DNA of 64,000 bases from Prochlorococcus sp. AG-363-O16 (GTDB taxonomy: Bacteria; Cyanobacteriota; Cyanobacteriia; PCC-6307; Cyanobiaceae), in assembly GCA_003280095.1 (NCBI GenBank), contig QCGA01000004.1, positions 151-64,150 on the forward strand, given 5' to 3'. How positions within the stretch are numbered: the first letter of the stretch is position 1; every line of letters begins with the position of its first letter. A program made the position numbers and the translations under genes. Positions 36,176 through 46,714 of the stretch are shown in pieces. Below the pieces are notes generated by a model that saw only the letters and a program-made list of their open reading frames with translations, was not told the origin of the DNA and ran no database searches.

Positions 36176-37567
36176 CTATTTATTTAGAAGAGGCTTGATT
36201 AACTTTCGGAAGTGTTCTCCCCTTTCCTCAAAGTTTGAATATTGGTCAAAACTGGCGCATGCAGGTGAGAGTAAAATATTTTTAGCTTTTAGGTTATGCG
36301 CAATTAAAACAGCTAATTTGACCGCTTTATCAAGTTCTTTACAAGATTCCACCCTCCCAAGGAAACCAGATGTTTTTATAAGTTTGTTGAGTTCCTTTGC
36401 ACCTAGTCCAAAAAGTACTATTCCGCAAGCACTTTTATGTAGTTGTTCTAGCCATTCAGTAGCATTACCTTCCTTTGTTTGCCCTCCAGCAAGGACTACA
36501 ATCTTGCCAGAAAGAGCCTTTAGTCCCATTGTGGCTGCAATGTAATTAGTTGCTTTGCTGTCATTGAAAACTTTTATATTTTTAATCTCTCCAAGTTCTT
36601 CGAGTCGATGTGGGATGCCTGTAAATGTTTTAAAGCTATTTGCAATAGATTTCGGAGATAAACCAACTTGGCGTGCTGCTGCTGTCGCAAGAAGTAGATT
36701 TTGAAGATTGTGCTCACCTGGCATTTTCAATACAGATGATTCGAATAGTTTCTTGTTTTTTTCCATAACTGTTCCTTCTTGATCTATCCAGAATTCGAAT
36801 GAATGATTAGTAAATTTTTCATGATTCTTGGTGCTTATCCAAATACCTTTTTTGAGAATGGCTTTGTGATTTGTTAAATCAGGGTCGTCTCCATTGAAAA
36901 TACGTATTTCTGATCGATCAAGAAGACTCCTTTTGATTTTTCGATAAGCATCAAGAGTTCCATGTCGATCTAAATGGTCTGCTGTGAGGTTGGTCCAGAT
37001 GCCAATTCGAGGTTTGATTTCGGGGGATGCTTCGATTTGATAACTGCTCAATTCCATGACTATCCAGTCAGGCTTATTGATTTTTCTTTGAATTAGTTTC
37101 AGTGCCAATTCCGACGCGGAATTGCCTACGTTACCCCCCATTGGTGCTTGCTTGCCGTTTGTCTCGAGTAAATGGTTTAGAAGATAAGTAACAGTAGTTT
37201 TACCATTGGTTCCTGTTATTCCGATCCAGGGAAGATCTTTTAAGTTTTTCCAAGCCAGATTTATTTCTCCATAAATAGGGATCGATTGTTTTCGTAGTTG
37301 ATTGAGTGTTGGGTGATTCCATGGAATTCCAGGACTAATTACTACAGCTTTAATATCCTCACCGTACTTATCGAAATTGCTTATTTCGAGAGAATGATCT
37401 AGGTGTACTATGATCCCTTCTTTTTCTAAATCTGAGGCTAGTTGTTCTAATTTTTTATTTTTGTATTGCTCTTGAATAATGACACGTGTCCCTTGAGCAT
37501 TTAGTAAGCGGGCTGCACCTATGCCAGAACGTCCTAGGCCAACCACAATAACTTTCGAATTTTTCAA
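36176..37567 (-). CDS. murD: UDP-N-acetylmuramoylalanine--D-glutamate ligase
   Basis: VVGLGRSGIGAARLL Rossmann start. GITGTNGKTT P-loop. Mur ligase architecture. Confidence 0.93.
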   Translation of the reverse strand: MKNSKVIVVGLGRSGIGAARLLNAQGTRVIIQEQYKNKKLEQLASDLEKEGIIVHLDHSLEISNFDKYGEDIKAVVISPGIPWNHPTLNQLRKQSIPIYGEINLAWKNLKDLPWIGITGTNGKTTVTYLLNHLLETNGKQAPMGGNVGNSASELALKLIQRKINKPDWIVMELSSYQIEASPEIKPRIGIWTNLTADHLDRHGTLDAYRKIKRSLLDRSEIRIFNGDDPDLTNHKAILKKGIWISTKNHEKFTNHSFEFWIDQEGTVMEKNKKLFESSVLKMPGEHNLQNLLLATAAARQVGLSPKSIANSFKTFTGIPHRLEELGEIKNIKVFNDSKATNYIAATMGLKALSGKIVVLAGGQTKEGNATEWLEQLHKSACGIVLFGLGAKELNKLIKTSGFLGRVESCKELDKAVKLAVLIAHNLKAKNILLSPACASFDQYSNFEERGEHFRKLIKPLLNK

Positions 37568-37589
37568 AGTATCTTCTGCTGAATGTTTA

Positions 37590-37661
37590 TGGGCGATACT
37601 GGAATCGAACCAGTGACTCCTACCGTGTCAAGGTAGTGCTCTACCTCTGAGCTAATCGCCC
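37590..37661 (-). tRNA. tRNA-Val (anticodon GAC)
   Basis: A full 72-nt cloverleaf was folded by hand: acceptor GGGCGAU/AUCGCCC, D stem GCUC/GAGC, anticodon stem CUACC/GGUAG with loop UUGACAC, and T arm ACUGG-UUCGAUU-CCAGU. CCA is not encoded. Confidence 0.93.
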
Positions 37662-37683
37662 TTGGGTTGGGTTGACAAGAAAC

Positions 37684-37703
37684 GAGGGGCTCTTGTTCCC
37701 CTC
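37684..37703 (-). terminator. hairpin terminator downstream of the S4-domain gene
   Basis: GAGGGG/CCCCTC 6-bp stem, followed on the minus strand by GUUUCUUGUC. Confidence 0.5.
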
Positions 37704-37739
37704 AAGAGAAGCTAGCAGTTGATGGAGGATCTTTAATAA

Positions 37740-38528
37740 CTAGTACCTAAGGATTTCAATTCTCCATCGACTTCTTTTGGTCAGCTGAATACTCAAGACT
37801 TCTACAGTACCTCGATCTTGTAAGTGAAGGCGGTCACCAACGATCAGTTCTTTGCTTGCTTGCTTTATTGTTTCCCAGTTCAGTCGAAGTCGCCCTTGCT
37901 TGATTTGACCGATAATTTTTGCTCTCGATAGTCCGAAACCTGCTGATGCAATTGCGTCGAGCCTGGAAGAGGCTTCTACGCTATGAAATTTTTTTGGAAC
38001 ACGTTGAGTCGGGAGTTGGAGTTTAGAAAGGTTGACCGATTCGCAAAAGATATCTACATCTCTGAAGTTGCTTGTCTGACCATCAAGTTTTGCTGATCCT
38101 TCTGGGGTGCAAATGGCTTGAGCACCTCTATCTCCGCAAATCCATATATCACCTAATTCTTCTGGTTCAATCCCTGCAGATTCAAGAGCAATGCGGATGT
38201 CTCGTGGGCTAGGTGCATCGAAAAGAAAATTGCCAGTGACATTTAGCCCCGTCAATGGTGCAGGCTCAGTAGTTGTAATCGCTTCATCAAAGTAACGAGT
38301 GCAATGAAGTCTTGTCCTTTCTGCTCCTGGATATCCTCCATCTGAATGCCATGTTAAATCGCTTATGAGAGACATTGTTTTTAGTACTTCTTCTTTTAGG
38401 GGCGCAGAAACAAATGAGCTCCATGAAGGTTGCCAAGTCTTAAGTACTTTGTCTGCTTGAACAAGAATGGATTCCATTCCTTCAATGTTTGAAGAGTCTT
38501 TGAGGAGCTTTCCTCTCGGTAATCTCAT
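37740..38528 (-). CDS. S4 RNA-binding-domain protein (cyanobacterial photosystem II S4-domain / YlmH-like)
   Basis: 262 aa. C-terminal S4-like segment RLDAIASAGFGLSRAKIIGQIKQGRLRLNW. Confidence 0.7.
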   Translation of the reverse strand: MRLPRGKLLKDSSNIEGMESILVQADKVLKTWQPSWSSFVSAPLKEEVLKTMSLISDLTWHSDGGYPGAERTRLHCTRYFDEAITTTEPAPLTGLNVTGNFLFDAPSPRDIRIALESAGIEPEELGDIWICGDRGAQAICTPEGSAKLDGQTSNFRDVDIFCESVNLSKLQLPTQRVPKKFHSVEASSRLDAIASAGFGLSRAKIIGQIKQGRLRLNWETIKQASKELIVGDRLHLQDRGTVEVLSIQLTKRSRWRIEILRY

Positions 38529-39073
38529 AAATCGCTGAGTCTTAGCACTTCTTTGGGTTTTGCTTCTTGGAGGATTTGCCAGGGCAATTCAATTTCAATT
38601 GGGGTTTCAATCATTAGTAGCCAGAGGCCTTCATTAAGTCGTTTTCTAAGGCTTCTGAGGTCATCTTCATTGGTATTACTGCTTACACTTCTGGATGCGG
38701 CATAGCTGCCAAGCCATCCAGATCCCATTCCAAGTAGACCTCCCATTAATGGTTCGCCTAATTGGCCTAGACCAATTTGAGAGAAAGTTTGAAGTCCTGT
38801 CATTTGAGCGAAAACTAGTCCTGCTGTAAAGCCAAAAGGCATCAGCCAAAATGCCATTGCCTTTTGCCTTTGTTGTCTGTCCAGTTTGGGGTTCAGTAGA
38901 GGAACACTATCGATTTCACAGGATTTAATGATGTTTTCCTCTTCTTGACGGCTATCAAACTTTGAAGGCCTTATGAGTTTGTATTTAGAAACTGGCGTGG
39001 CACTGGCTTGTAGCTGTTCCAACAAGTGATTGGCAGCTTCACGTTGATCGAAAAGGACTACGCAGATTGGCAC
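38525..39073 (-). CDS. conserved hypothetical membrane protein
   Basis: 182 aa with a GTG start. Gly-rich TM pair (..GGLLGMGSGWLGSYAA..). It overlaps the downstream gene by 4 nt. Confidence 0.55.
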   Translation of the reverse strand: MPICVVLFDQREAANHLLEQLQASATPVSKYKLIRPSKFDSRQEEENIIKSCEIDSVPLLNPKLDRQQRQKAMAFWLMPFGFTAGLVFAQMTGLQTFSQIGLGQLGEPLMGGLLGMGSGWLGSYAASRSVSSNTNEDDLRSLRKRLNEGLWLLMIETPIEIELPWQILQEAKPKEVLRLSDL

Positions 39074-39177
39074 TAATTTAGTTCCTCAATTTTTTGAATT
39101 CTGAACCCAGGAGGGGGTAACCCAATTCAACAACACTTTGCTCTCTAGAGTTTAGTAAGGCAAATCTCCGCCAATTA

Positions 39178-40764
39178 ATGACAAAAGTTCTGGTTTCCGA
39201 TCCAATTGATAAAGCAGGAATCGACATCCTTAGTCAAGTTGCCCAAGTGGATCAACAGACGGGCTTGTCACCTGAGCAGCTCATGTCAGTCATCTCTGAA
39301 TATGACGCCTTGATGATTCGTTCTGGGACTCTTGTGAGTTCTCAGATTATTGAATCAGCAACAAAACTGCGAATTATTGGTCGAGCTGGTGTTGGTGTTG
39401 ACAACGTAGATGTCACCGCTGCCACAAGGAAAGGAGTCCTTGTGGTTAATTCCCCTGAGGGAAACACCATTGCTGCTGCTGAACATTCATTGGCGATGCT
39501 TTTGTCCCTTTCTCGCCATGTGCCTCAGGCGCATGGAAGTACAATGGCGGGAGGTTGGGAACGTAAGAAATATGTTGGCAATGAGTTATATAAGAAAAAA
39601 CTGGGCGTGGTTGGACTTGGCAAGATTGGCTCTCATGTGGCCAGAGTGGCGAAAACAATGGGAATGGATGTTTTTGCATATGACCCATTTATTTCAGCTG
39701 AGAGAGCTCAGCAAATGCAGGTTCAATTAACTTCGATTGAATTACTTTTTCAGCAATCTGATTACGTCACTCTTCATTTGCCTAGAACTCCTGAAACTGA
39801 AAATCTAGTTAATTCATCATTATTGAACACAATGAAGTCAACAGCTCGATTGGTTAATTGTGCTCGCGGGGGAATCGTAGATGAGGCGGCTTTAGCGGAA
39901 GCTGTGAAGAATGGAGTAATTGCTGGAGCAGCATTGGATGTTTATGCCAGTGAGCCACTTGCTTCAGATTCTCCACTGCTTAATGTAAAAGAGAGATTAA
40001 TACTCACTCCCCATCTTGGAGCTTCCACAGAAGAGGCTCAAGAGAATGTTGCCATTGATGTGGCAGAGCAAATTCGTGATGTTCTCCTTGGCTTACCTGC
40101 ACGGAGCGCAGTGAACATTCCAGGCTTAAGTGCGGAGATCATGGAGCAATTAAAGCCCCATTTGCAGTTGGCCGAAACTCTTGGTTTGTTGATCAGCCAA
40201 TTATCTGGAGGTCAAGTTCAAGAATTAGAGGTTCGCCTGCAAGGTGAATTTTCGAAACACCCATCTCAACCCTTGGTTATTGCAGCATTAAAAGGCCTCC
40301 TAACAAGTGCACTTGGGGATCGAATTAATTATGTAAATGCTTCTTTAGAGGCAAAAGGGAGGGGGATTCACGTGCTCGAAGTTAAGGATGGTGCAAGCAA
40401 AGATTTTGCAGGTGGTTCTTTGCAATTAACCACTCGTGGTGATAACGGTGGACATAGCGTTATTGGTGCTGTTTTCGCTGATGGAGATTTGCGAATCACG
40501 ATGATTGATGAGTTTCCTGTAAATGTTTCACCTAGTAGTCACATGCTGTTCACTCGCCATCGTGATATGCCAGGGATTATTGGTCAATTGGGATCTTTAT
40601 TGGGTGAGCACAATGTCAATATTGCTTCTATGCAGGTGGGACGGCGGATTGTTAGGGGTGATGCAGTGATGGTTTTGAGTATTGATGATCCGATACCTTC
40701 TGAGCTTCTCGATCGTATTCATTCTATAGCTGGCATCCAAGAGGCTTATCCGGTAATTCTTTAG
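39178..40764 (+). CDS. serA: D-3-phosphoglycerate dehydrogenase (long form with ACT domain)
   Basis: 528 aa. NAD-binding motif GVVGLGKIGSHVA. Catalytic R/E/H blocks. C-terminal ASB and ACT regions. Confidence 0.95.
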   Translation: MTKVLVSDPIDKAGIDILSQVAQVDQQTGLSPEQLMSVISEYDALMIRSGTLVSSQIIESATKLRIIGRAGVGVDNVDVTAATRKGVLVVNSPEGNTIAAAEHSLAMLLSLSRHVPQAHGSTMAGGWERKKYVGNELYKKKLGVVGLGKIGSHVARVAKTMGMDVFAYDPFISAERAQQMQVQLTSIELLFQQSDYVTLHLPRTPETENLVNSSLLNTMKSTARLVNCARGGIVDEAALAEAVKNGVIAGAALDVYASEPLASDSPLLNVKERLILTPHLGASTEEAQENVAIDVAEQIRDVLLGLPARSAVNIPGLSAEIMEQLKPHLQLAETLGLLISQLSGGQVQELEVRLQGEFSKHPSQPLVIAALKGLLTSALGDRINYVNASLEAKGRGIHVLEVKDGASKDFAGGSLQLTTRGDNGGHSVIGAVFADGDLRITMIDEFPVNVSPSSHMLFTRHRDMPGIIGQLGSLLGEHNVNIASMQVGRRIVRGDAVMVLSIDDPIPSELLDRIHSIAGIQEAYPVIL

Positions 40765-40814
40765 GCAAAGCCGTTGTTGTTAATCAATCATTTTGTTCTT
40801 ATGAGTGGTAGGAG

Positions 40815-41723
40815 ATGACCTCCGATTTAAAGGCTTCGTGGTGGCAGTTAAAGCTTCTTTTCCCTGTTGATTTGGAAGAGTCATTTGTATGGAAATTCGC
40901 GACGCTTGGTCACAATGCTTTCTCAGTTGAGTATCCCCTAGAAGACACCTCCAGAGGGCTGTTGTATTTGTGGCTGCCTTCTAATGAGTGGGGAGCTGTT
41001 GAACGTGAGGCCCTTTTTACTGACTTGATTCAGTTAGCTAATACATTTGGGACTTACTTGGATCAGCCCGTTTGGGAAGAAGTATTCGATGAGGATTGGA
41101 ATAATAATTGGAAAAAGCATTGGCAGCCTGATCCAGTTGGTAATAGCCTTTTAATTCTGCCTGTTTGGTTAGATCTCCCAAAGGAACATTCTCATAGATT
41201 GATTCTCCGACTTGATCCAGGTTGTGCCTTTGGAACAGGAAGTCATCCCTCAACACGCCTTTGCTTGGAGGCTCTCGATAGAAAACCTCCAGTTGCCTTA
41301 AAAGTTGCTGACCTTGGTTGTGGTAGCGGATTGTTGGGCTTGGCAGCGTTGAGATTGGGGGCCTGTCACGTATGGGCAGTAGATATAGATTCCTTGGCAG
41401 TTCGCTCAACAACTCATAATGCGCAAATCAACTCTTTGGGCAGTGGAGAAATAGAAGTTGAACTTGGCTCAATAGAAGCATTGAAATTCAAGTTGAATGG
41501 TAATCATGTTGACTTATTGCTTTGCAATATCTTGGCTCCTGTTATTGAGTCTTTAGTTTCTCAATTCCAAGACCTTTTGGGTGTGAATGGACGTGCCTTG
41601 CTAAGCGGCATTCTTATTACTCAGGTCCCTTCTCTGACCTTGGTTCTGGAGGAGTTTGGGTGGTGTGTTATTTCGCTGGAAGACCAGGGAAAATGGGCTC
41701 TTTTAGAAGTCGGAAGACCATAA
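40815..41723 (+). CDS. prmA: ribosomal protein L11 methyltransferase
   Basis: ..FGTGSHPSTRLCLE.. and the SAM motif DLGCGSGLLGLAA. Confidence 0.9.
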   Translation: MTSDLKASWWQLKLLFPVDLEESFVWKFATLGHNAFSVEYPLEDTSRGLLYLWLPSNEWGAVEREALFTDLIQLANTFGTYLDQPVWEEVFDEDWNNNWKKHWQPDPVGNSLLILPVWLDLPKEHSHRLILRLDPGCAFGTGSHPSTRLCLEALDRKPPVALKVADLGCGSGLLGLAALRLGACHVWAVDIDSLAVRSTTHNAQINSLGSGEIEVELGSIEALKFKLNGNHVDLLLCNILAPVIESLVSQFQDLLGVNGRALLSGILITQVPSLTLVLEEFGWCVISLEDQGKWALLEVGRP

Positions 41724-41891
41724 CTTCTAACGCCGTCAATTCATAAGTCTGGCTTATGGATTGACGGCGTTAGATTGGGTTTGGATGTGTGAATGACAAG
41801 AATTGGGCATTAAGTGCCCTCTGCCGATGTAAGAAGGATCGATCCTGAGGTTTTTGTTGCCTCTGGTTTTCCGTGTGCTTCCACCCATCTC

Positions 41892-42191
41892 ATGGCTTCT
41901 TACAAAGTAACCCTCGTTAACGAAGGCGAGGGCTTGAACAAGACCATTGATGTCCCTGATGATCAGTACATCCTTGATGCTGCTGAAGAGCAGGGCATTG
42001 ATCTCCCTTATTCATGTAGAGCAGGTGCATGCTCTACATGTGCTGGGAAAATCACATCCGGCACCGTTGACCAATCTGATCAGAGTTTTCTGGATGATGA
42101 TCAGCTTGAAGCTGGTTTCGTGTTGACCTGTGTCGCTTACCCAACCTCAAATTGCACTATTACAACTCATTCTGAGGAAGAGCTTTATTGA
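41892..42191 (+). CDS. petF: plant-type [2Fe-2S] ferredoxin
   Basis: MASYKVTL.. start and the [12 protein letters not shown] cluster motif. The track ORF begins 78 nt upstream. Confidence 0.95.
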   Translation: MASYKVTLVNEGEGLNKTIDVPDDQYILDAAEEQGIDLPYSCRAGACSTCAGKITSGTVDQSDQSFLDDDQLEAGFVLTCVAYPTSNCTITTHSEEELY

Positions 42192-42245
42192 GGTAAAGGA
42201 GAGTATCTCCTTTGTGGATTGGTCTTGCTAATCCTGGTTCTATTG

Positions 42246-42270
42246 GCCACCCTCAGTGGGTGGCTTTTTG
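42246..42270 (+). terminator. intrinsic terminator of petF
   Basis: GCCACCC, loop TCAGT, GGGTGGC, then TTTTT. Confidence 0.8.
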
Positions 42271-42349
42271 CTTTTTTAAGGCGGCTCCTAATTGCTCTAA
42301 TTTGCTTGTGAAATCATCCCCAGTTCTTTTGACAGATGATGATGTTCTT

Positions 42350-42700
42350 ATGGGACATGGAAGTATTCATCCGAGCAGCGGTGGTCAGTACAGTTTTAGG
42401 GTTGTAGGACCTTGTTGCCGATTATTTGATCGAGAGGAGCTCCCTTGGCCTTGTTCCAGATTGGCATGGAGGAGTAAAGAGCCCAGCTGGAGACGCGTAG
42501 GAAGTCGTTTCGTTGCCGACATTGCGTCTAGGCGCTGTCCTTCTTATTCCGTGGAGCTATTGCAGCCTGGATCGAAGCCAACACCAACTGTACTTACACT
42601 TTTCTCTGAAAGGTTTAGTCCGTTAATGCAGGAGTGGTGGTACAGCCGTCATCCTCGCTCAAAAGATAAGAGAAATTCTTCCCCTGGCCTGCCTCTTTGA
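42350..42700 (+). CDS. doubtful ORF in a G+C-rich patch (W/R/C/P/S-rich product)
   Basis: The 162-codon open frame 42212..42700 runs through the petF terminator, so any real start must lie downstream, for example the ATG at 42350. The composition is atypical for this genome. Confidence 0.3.
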   Translation: MGHGSIHPSSGGQYSFRVVGPCCRLFDREELPWPCSRLAWRSKEPSWRRVGSRFVADIASRRCPSYSVELLQPGSKPTPTVLTLFSERFSPLMQEWWYSRHPRSKDKRNSSPGLPL

Positions 42701-42754
42701 TTAAAAGTGCTTCTTGGTCAGGCAAGGAGGCTGCAATTCATTGGAAGGTAAATA

Positions 42755-43927
42755 TTAATTCCCCCCAATTATTGAGCTTTCGGGAATACATATATACCTG
42801 ATTGCAGCTCTATTCCCCCATGAGTAAGCAATATGAAGTTCGCCAGGTAGACCTTCGATCATCGTTGGATATGCAAGCTGTCCATTTAGATGCCAATTGG
42901 CTGATCCACAAAAGCCAAGGCCTGAATCGATATCTCGGCACCATGGCCAACTCTCTCCGTCATCCTCGCTGATAGCAACAGTAAGAGGCCATCTTGTTCG
43001 TGGCCAGATAGCTTCTCCCCAAGAATCTTTTTGTATTGGTGGATCTTCGTAGCAAAATCTATTGAAGACCATTGCGAGAAGTCCGCTAGACAAACGGCAG
43101 GCTTGAATTGAGCTGTTGTTATTAGGGAGATTTGTTGCTTTGGGGGGGGTCCAGGAATCCCCCTCTAGTGTCCCTATTGAGCAATAGATTCGATCTGCTA
43201 GTCGTGAACGGAAAAATTGTAAAAGTTTTTGCTTGTCTGCGCTGTAAACGATAGAGCCGTGAACTCTGCCTGTGCTTTCAGGGATGTCATATGGCTCGCC
43301 TGCGGGGGACCCATCGGGCTGTAGTAGAAGGACTTGAGAATAGTCGTGTCCAAATGCTCCGCCAGTCTCAAGACTTCTATAGATAGGCAGTAACAATGCT
43401 CCATCTGCACGGGAAAGGGGAGGGTGTCTGCAAAAAGCAGGTGTATCTAATAAATCTTGAGTGTTTGACCACTTCCCCGTAAGTAAATTTCTTTTTTGTT
43501 GGCGAAGAGCTGCGGTCCATTGCATAGAAAAACTACTGCCAATTTCTTGCCAGCTCGTATCGTTTGGGTCTCGAGAGCATTGAGCTGTATGTATAAGTAG
43601 AAGTTGTTTTTCAGAATTCACAAAAAGTAGAGGGTTCTGTTCAGAGCGTTTGCTGTCTTGGGAAATCATTTTTGGCTTTGTCCAGCGACCTTTCCCTTTA
43701 CGCAATTCACTTAAGTAGATACTCATTCCTGATGTGCCTTCTTGACTTCCCGCCATCCAGGCACATGCCAGCCTGTTCTGGTTTAGCCAGCAGAGTTGTG
43801 GTGCGTGGTTTTGCTCTCCTGCTGGCTCAAGGAGTGTCCATGTGCCTTCTAACAGAGGGGATTGAACTAGACGACCTGTCTTAAGTCGTTTTTCCAGGTT
43901 GAGGGCATCGAGTGATGGGGAAAACAT
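42755..43927 (-). CDS. BNR/Asp-box repeat (sialidase-fold) protein
   Basis: 390 aa. Asp-box SEDDGESW plus further S.D.G..W-like repeats. Confidence 0.7.
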   Translation of the reverse strand: MFSPSLDALNLEKRLKTGRLVQSPLLEGTWTLLEPAGEQNHAPQLCWLNQNRLACAWMAGSQEGTSGMSIYLSELRKGKGRWTKPKMISQDSKRSEQNPLLFVNSEKQLLLIHTAQCSRDPNDTSWQEIGSSFSMQWTAALRQQKRNLLTGKWSNTQDLLDTPAFCRHPPLSRADGALLLPIYRSLETGGAFGHDYSQVLLLQPDGSPAGEPYDIPESTGRVHGSIVYSADKQKLLQFFRSRLADRIYCSIGTLEGDSWTPPKATNLPNNNSSIQACRLSSGLLAMVFNRFCYEDPPIQKDSWGEAIWPRTRWPLTVAISEDDGESWPWCRDIDSGLGFCGSANWHLNGQLAYPTMIEGLPGELHIAYSWGNRAAIRYICIPESSIIGGN

Positions 43928-44247
43928 GGAGATGAAGGTAATTGAATCTAAATGGTTGGTCGAAAATATTTGCTATGGATAGGCTTGTAAGATTTCATTC
44001 AATAAAGTTGTATAGATTGTTCATTTGTGAATAGAAGGGATAAGTTATTGATTCTAGTTGTAATGCGTTATTATATCAATTTGAATTAAATAATTATTAT
44101 TTTATATGAAGAATAGCTGGTCAAGACTCTTATATGTTTAATTGTTTCTTTGAGGGTTTTAGTGTGGTCGCCATCTGGAATATATGTTCTTTAGCTGCCA
44201 GAAATGAATTAATATTAAAGATTTAAACTTTACATCTTTAAATCAAA

Positions 44248-45213
44248 TTAGTTGCAGCGATTTTTCCCTGATATAGGTTTAACTTCTATGTCTAGGAAAT
44301 CTTTGGCTAAGAGTGTATTTGGAAATATGCACTTAGCTTCATTGAGTAGATCTTCAGGAGTGACTGAATTGCCTTTTACGTATCGCGGACTTAAGTGAGT
44401 TAACACTAATGTTCCTACACAAGCTTCGGCGGCGGTTTGCGCTGCCATAGTGCTAGTTGAGTGCTTTCGTTGAATTGCCATTTCGGCTTCCTTATGAGAA
44501 TAAGTTGCCTCGTGTATGAGTAGGTCTGCTCCTTTTGCAAGCTTTACTGCTGCTTCAGAAAAAATTGTATCTGTGCAGTAAACAATGCTGACCCCAGGTC
44601 TTTCGGGACCGCAAAATTTTCTTCCATTAATAATTCGACCATCATCGAGGGTTATTTGTTCGCCTCGTTTGAGTGCCGCATAGATGGGACCAGGAGGTAT
44701 AGATAATGATCTGGCAAGATCAAGATTGAATCGACCAGGTTTGGGCTTTTGATCAACTCTGTAGGCATAAGCAGGAACTCGGTGGGTCAGGCGTGTGCAC
44801 CGCACCAACAAATCATCATCTTCGTAAAGCACTTTGTTGCTCTCGGCTGCTTCCTTTACTTGGTGGATTCTTAGAGAGTATCCGACCCTGCTACAGCTGT
44901 TATGAAAAGCTCCGGTTAGAAACTTTTCTAGTTGTTCTGGTCCATATAGCTCTACCCCTTTACTGTTTCCAGAGAGACCAAGACTTGCTAGTAGCCCAGG
45001 AAGACCGAAGATATGATCTCCATGCATGTGAGTGATGAATATCCGACTTAGCTGTGATAACCGAAGATTACTGCGAAGAAATTGATGCTGAGTTCCCTCT
45101 CCGCAGTCAAATAGCCATAGCTCTGAGCGTTGAGGGACCCGAAGAGCTACCGCTGACACATTTCGTGAGCGAGTAGGGACTCCTGAACTTGTGCCTAGAA
45201 AAGTTACCAGCAA
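44248..45213 (-). CDS. rnz: ribonuclease Z
   Basis: [12 protein letters not shown] start. HMHGDH metallo-beta-lactamase motif. TTG start. Confidence 0.9.
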   Translation of the reverse strand: MLVTFLGTSSGVPTRSRNVSAVALRVPQRSELWLFDCGEGTQHQFLRSNLRLSQLSRIFITHMHGDHIFGLPGLLASLGLSGNSKGVELYGPEQLEKFLTGAFHNSCSRVGYSLRIHQVKEAAESNKVLYEDDDLLVRCTRLTHRVPAYAYRVDQKPKPGRFNLDLARSLSIPPGPIYAALKRGEQITLDDGRIINGRKFCGPERPGVSIVYCTDTIFSEAAVKLAKGADLLIHEATYSHKEAEMAIQRKHSTSTMAAQTAAEACVGTLVLTHLSPRYVKGNSVTPEDLLNEAKCIFPNTLLAKDFLDIEVKPISGKNRCN

Positions 45214-45310
45214 GGCATTGTGCTATCCATATCTATGCTCCCATGCCTGAGATCAATATTGGTTTTGTGTTGTAGAGAAGGCAGACTGTCTATTAATACT
45301 TAGATCGCTT

Positions 45311-46639
45311 GTGACCGTGCCTAGACCTTTATTGGTTTTAGGAATAGTGGGTGGCTTGATGGTGACTATTAACCTTAGGCCGGCCAACGTCATGGCTGCT
45401 CAACAGCCTTTGATGAGAGTTTTGGTTTTCGAGGGATTTAAAGCAAGAATTCGTGCGGATAGTAATAAACCTCTACTTTTGATAGGTGTTGGGGTTGTCA
45501 ATAAAAAGGTTTCTGGGTTAACGATTCGATCAGATCAAGGTCAGTTGAAGATATCAATTGATGGACGGACTGAAGATGAGATGACTCTTGACAAAAAAAC
45601 TCAATTGAGAATCGAAACTAATGACAAAAGAGGAATATGGCTTGGGAATCGTCGTTACAGAGGCGAACTAAAGGTTTTCCATGGAACCTCTGGTTTGGCT
45701 GTGGTTAATCATTTAGCTATAGAGGATTACCTCAAAAGCGTTGTAGGAAGTGAAATGCCTAAATCGTGGCCTATTGAGGCACTGAAGGCACAAGCAGTTG
45801 CTGCTCGTACGTATGCTTTAAAACAGTATGGAAAAAAACCACATTTTGACGTTAGGGCGACTGTTGTGAATCAGAAATATTTGGGAATCGAGTCAGAGAC
45901 TAAGAGTACGCGTAGAGCTGTTAATAGCACTCGTTCATTAGTCCTGCTCCATCAAGGAAGACTTATTGACGCCGTTTTTCATAGCAGTTCGGGTGGCTTG
46001 ACAGCCGCAAGCAGTGAAGTGTGGGATAGGCATTTTCCCTATTTGGTAAGTGTGGTTGACCATGATCAACACAGCCCGAAATATCGCTGGTACATTTGGT
46101 TTACACCTCGGCAATTGAAGGAGATTTTCAATGAGTCTGGAGGTTTGAATGAGATCAGAATTCTCCGGAAGAGTCCAACGGAGCGAATCTTGGGTGTACA
46201 GGTTCAGGGACCTGAAGGTTCTTTGTCCCTTTCTGGCAAGCAATTACGAAGACGTATGGGTTTAGAAAGTACTCGCGTCAGTTTTGAGAAGCTTGTTGTA
46301 GGCGATCTACCTAATTACATTCCTCAATGGCAATATGAGAATAATGAGCAAGTAGGAGTTACCTCGGCATTTCTACAAGTTCCATTAGGTAGTTTAAATA
46401 ATGAATCAAATCCAAAAGTCTTAGAATTTAAATCTGATCAGAAGTCTTCGCTTGTTTTGGCACCACCACCACTTCCATCTGATGATAAGTATTTTGTTTT
46501 GCTAGCAAGAGGTTTTGGTTCTGGACATGGTGTAGGCATGAGTCAATGGGGTGCTCATGGAATGGCACTTAAAGGTGCGAAATTTCGTCAAATTCTCACT
46601 TACTACTACAAAGGTGTGACAATCAGTTCATACAAATGA
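45311..46639 (+). CDS. SpoIID/LytB-domain protein
   Basis: ..EALKAQAVAARTYAL.., ..HSSSGG.. and ..GHGVGMSQWGA.. blocks. N-terminal signal-anchor helix. Confidence 0.85.
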   Translation: MTVPRPLLVLGIVGGLMVTINLRPANVMAAQQPLMRVLVFEGFKARIRADSNKPLLLIGVGVVNKKVSGLTIRSDQGQLKISIDGRTEDEMTLDKKTQLRIETNDKRGIWLGNRRYRGELKVFHGTSGLAVVNHLAIEDYLKSVVGSEMPKSWPIEALKAQAVAARTYALKQYGKKPHFDVRATVVNQKYLGIESETKSTRRAVNSTRSLVLLHQGRLIDAVFHSSSGGLTAASSEVWDRHFPYLVSVVDHDQHSPKYRWYIWFTPRQLKEIFNESGGLNEIRILRKSPTERILGVQVQGPEGSLSLSGKQLRRRMGLESTRVSFEKLVVGDLPNYIPQWQYENNEQVGVTSAFLQVPLGSLNNESNPKVLEFKSDQKSSLVLAPPPLPSDDKYFVLLARGFGSGHGVGMSQWGAHGMALKGAKFRQILTYYYKGVTISSYK

Positions 46640-46714
46640 GAAAGGACGATGTGCTCTTTTGAAAGAGGTGGATGTTGTATTTCGAAAATTTGTTTTTCTT
46701 AGGAGGCTCTTGAC

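Noticed and set aside
42280-42750. The G+C-rich non-annotatable stretch was tested as a possible housekeeping RNA or riboswitch (RNase P RNA, tmRNA, cobalamin or TPP)
   Set aside because: On either strand I could not find a GGAAAGUCC-type P4 sequence, ACAGAA.CCGGCUUA, a tRNA-like acceptor/T-arm end, a B12 box or a CUGAGA...ACCUGAU TPP core.
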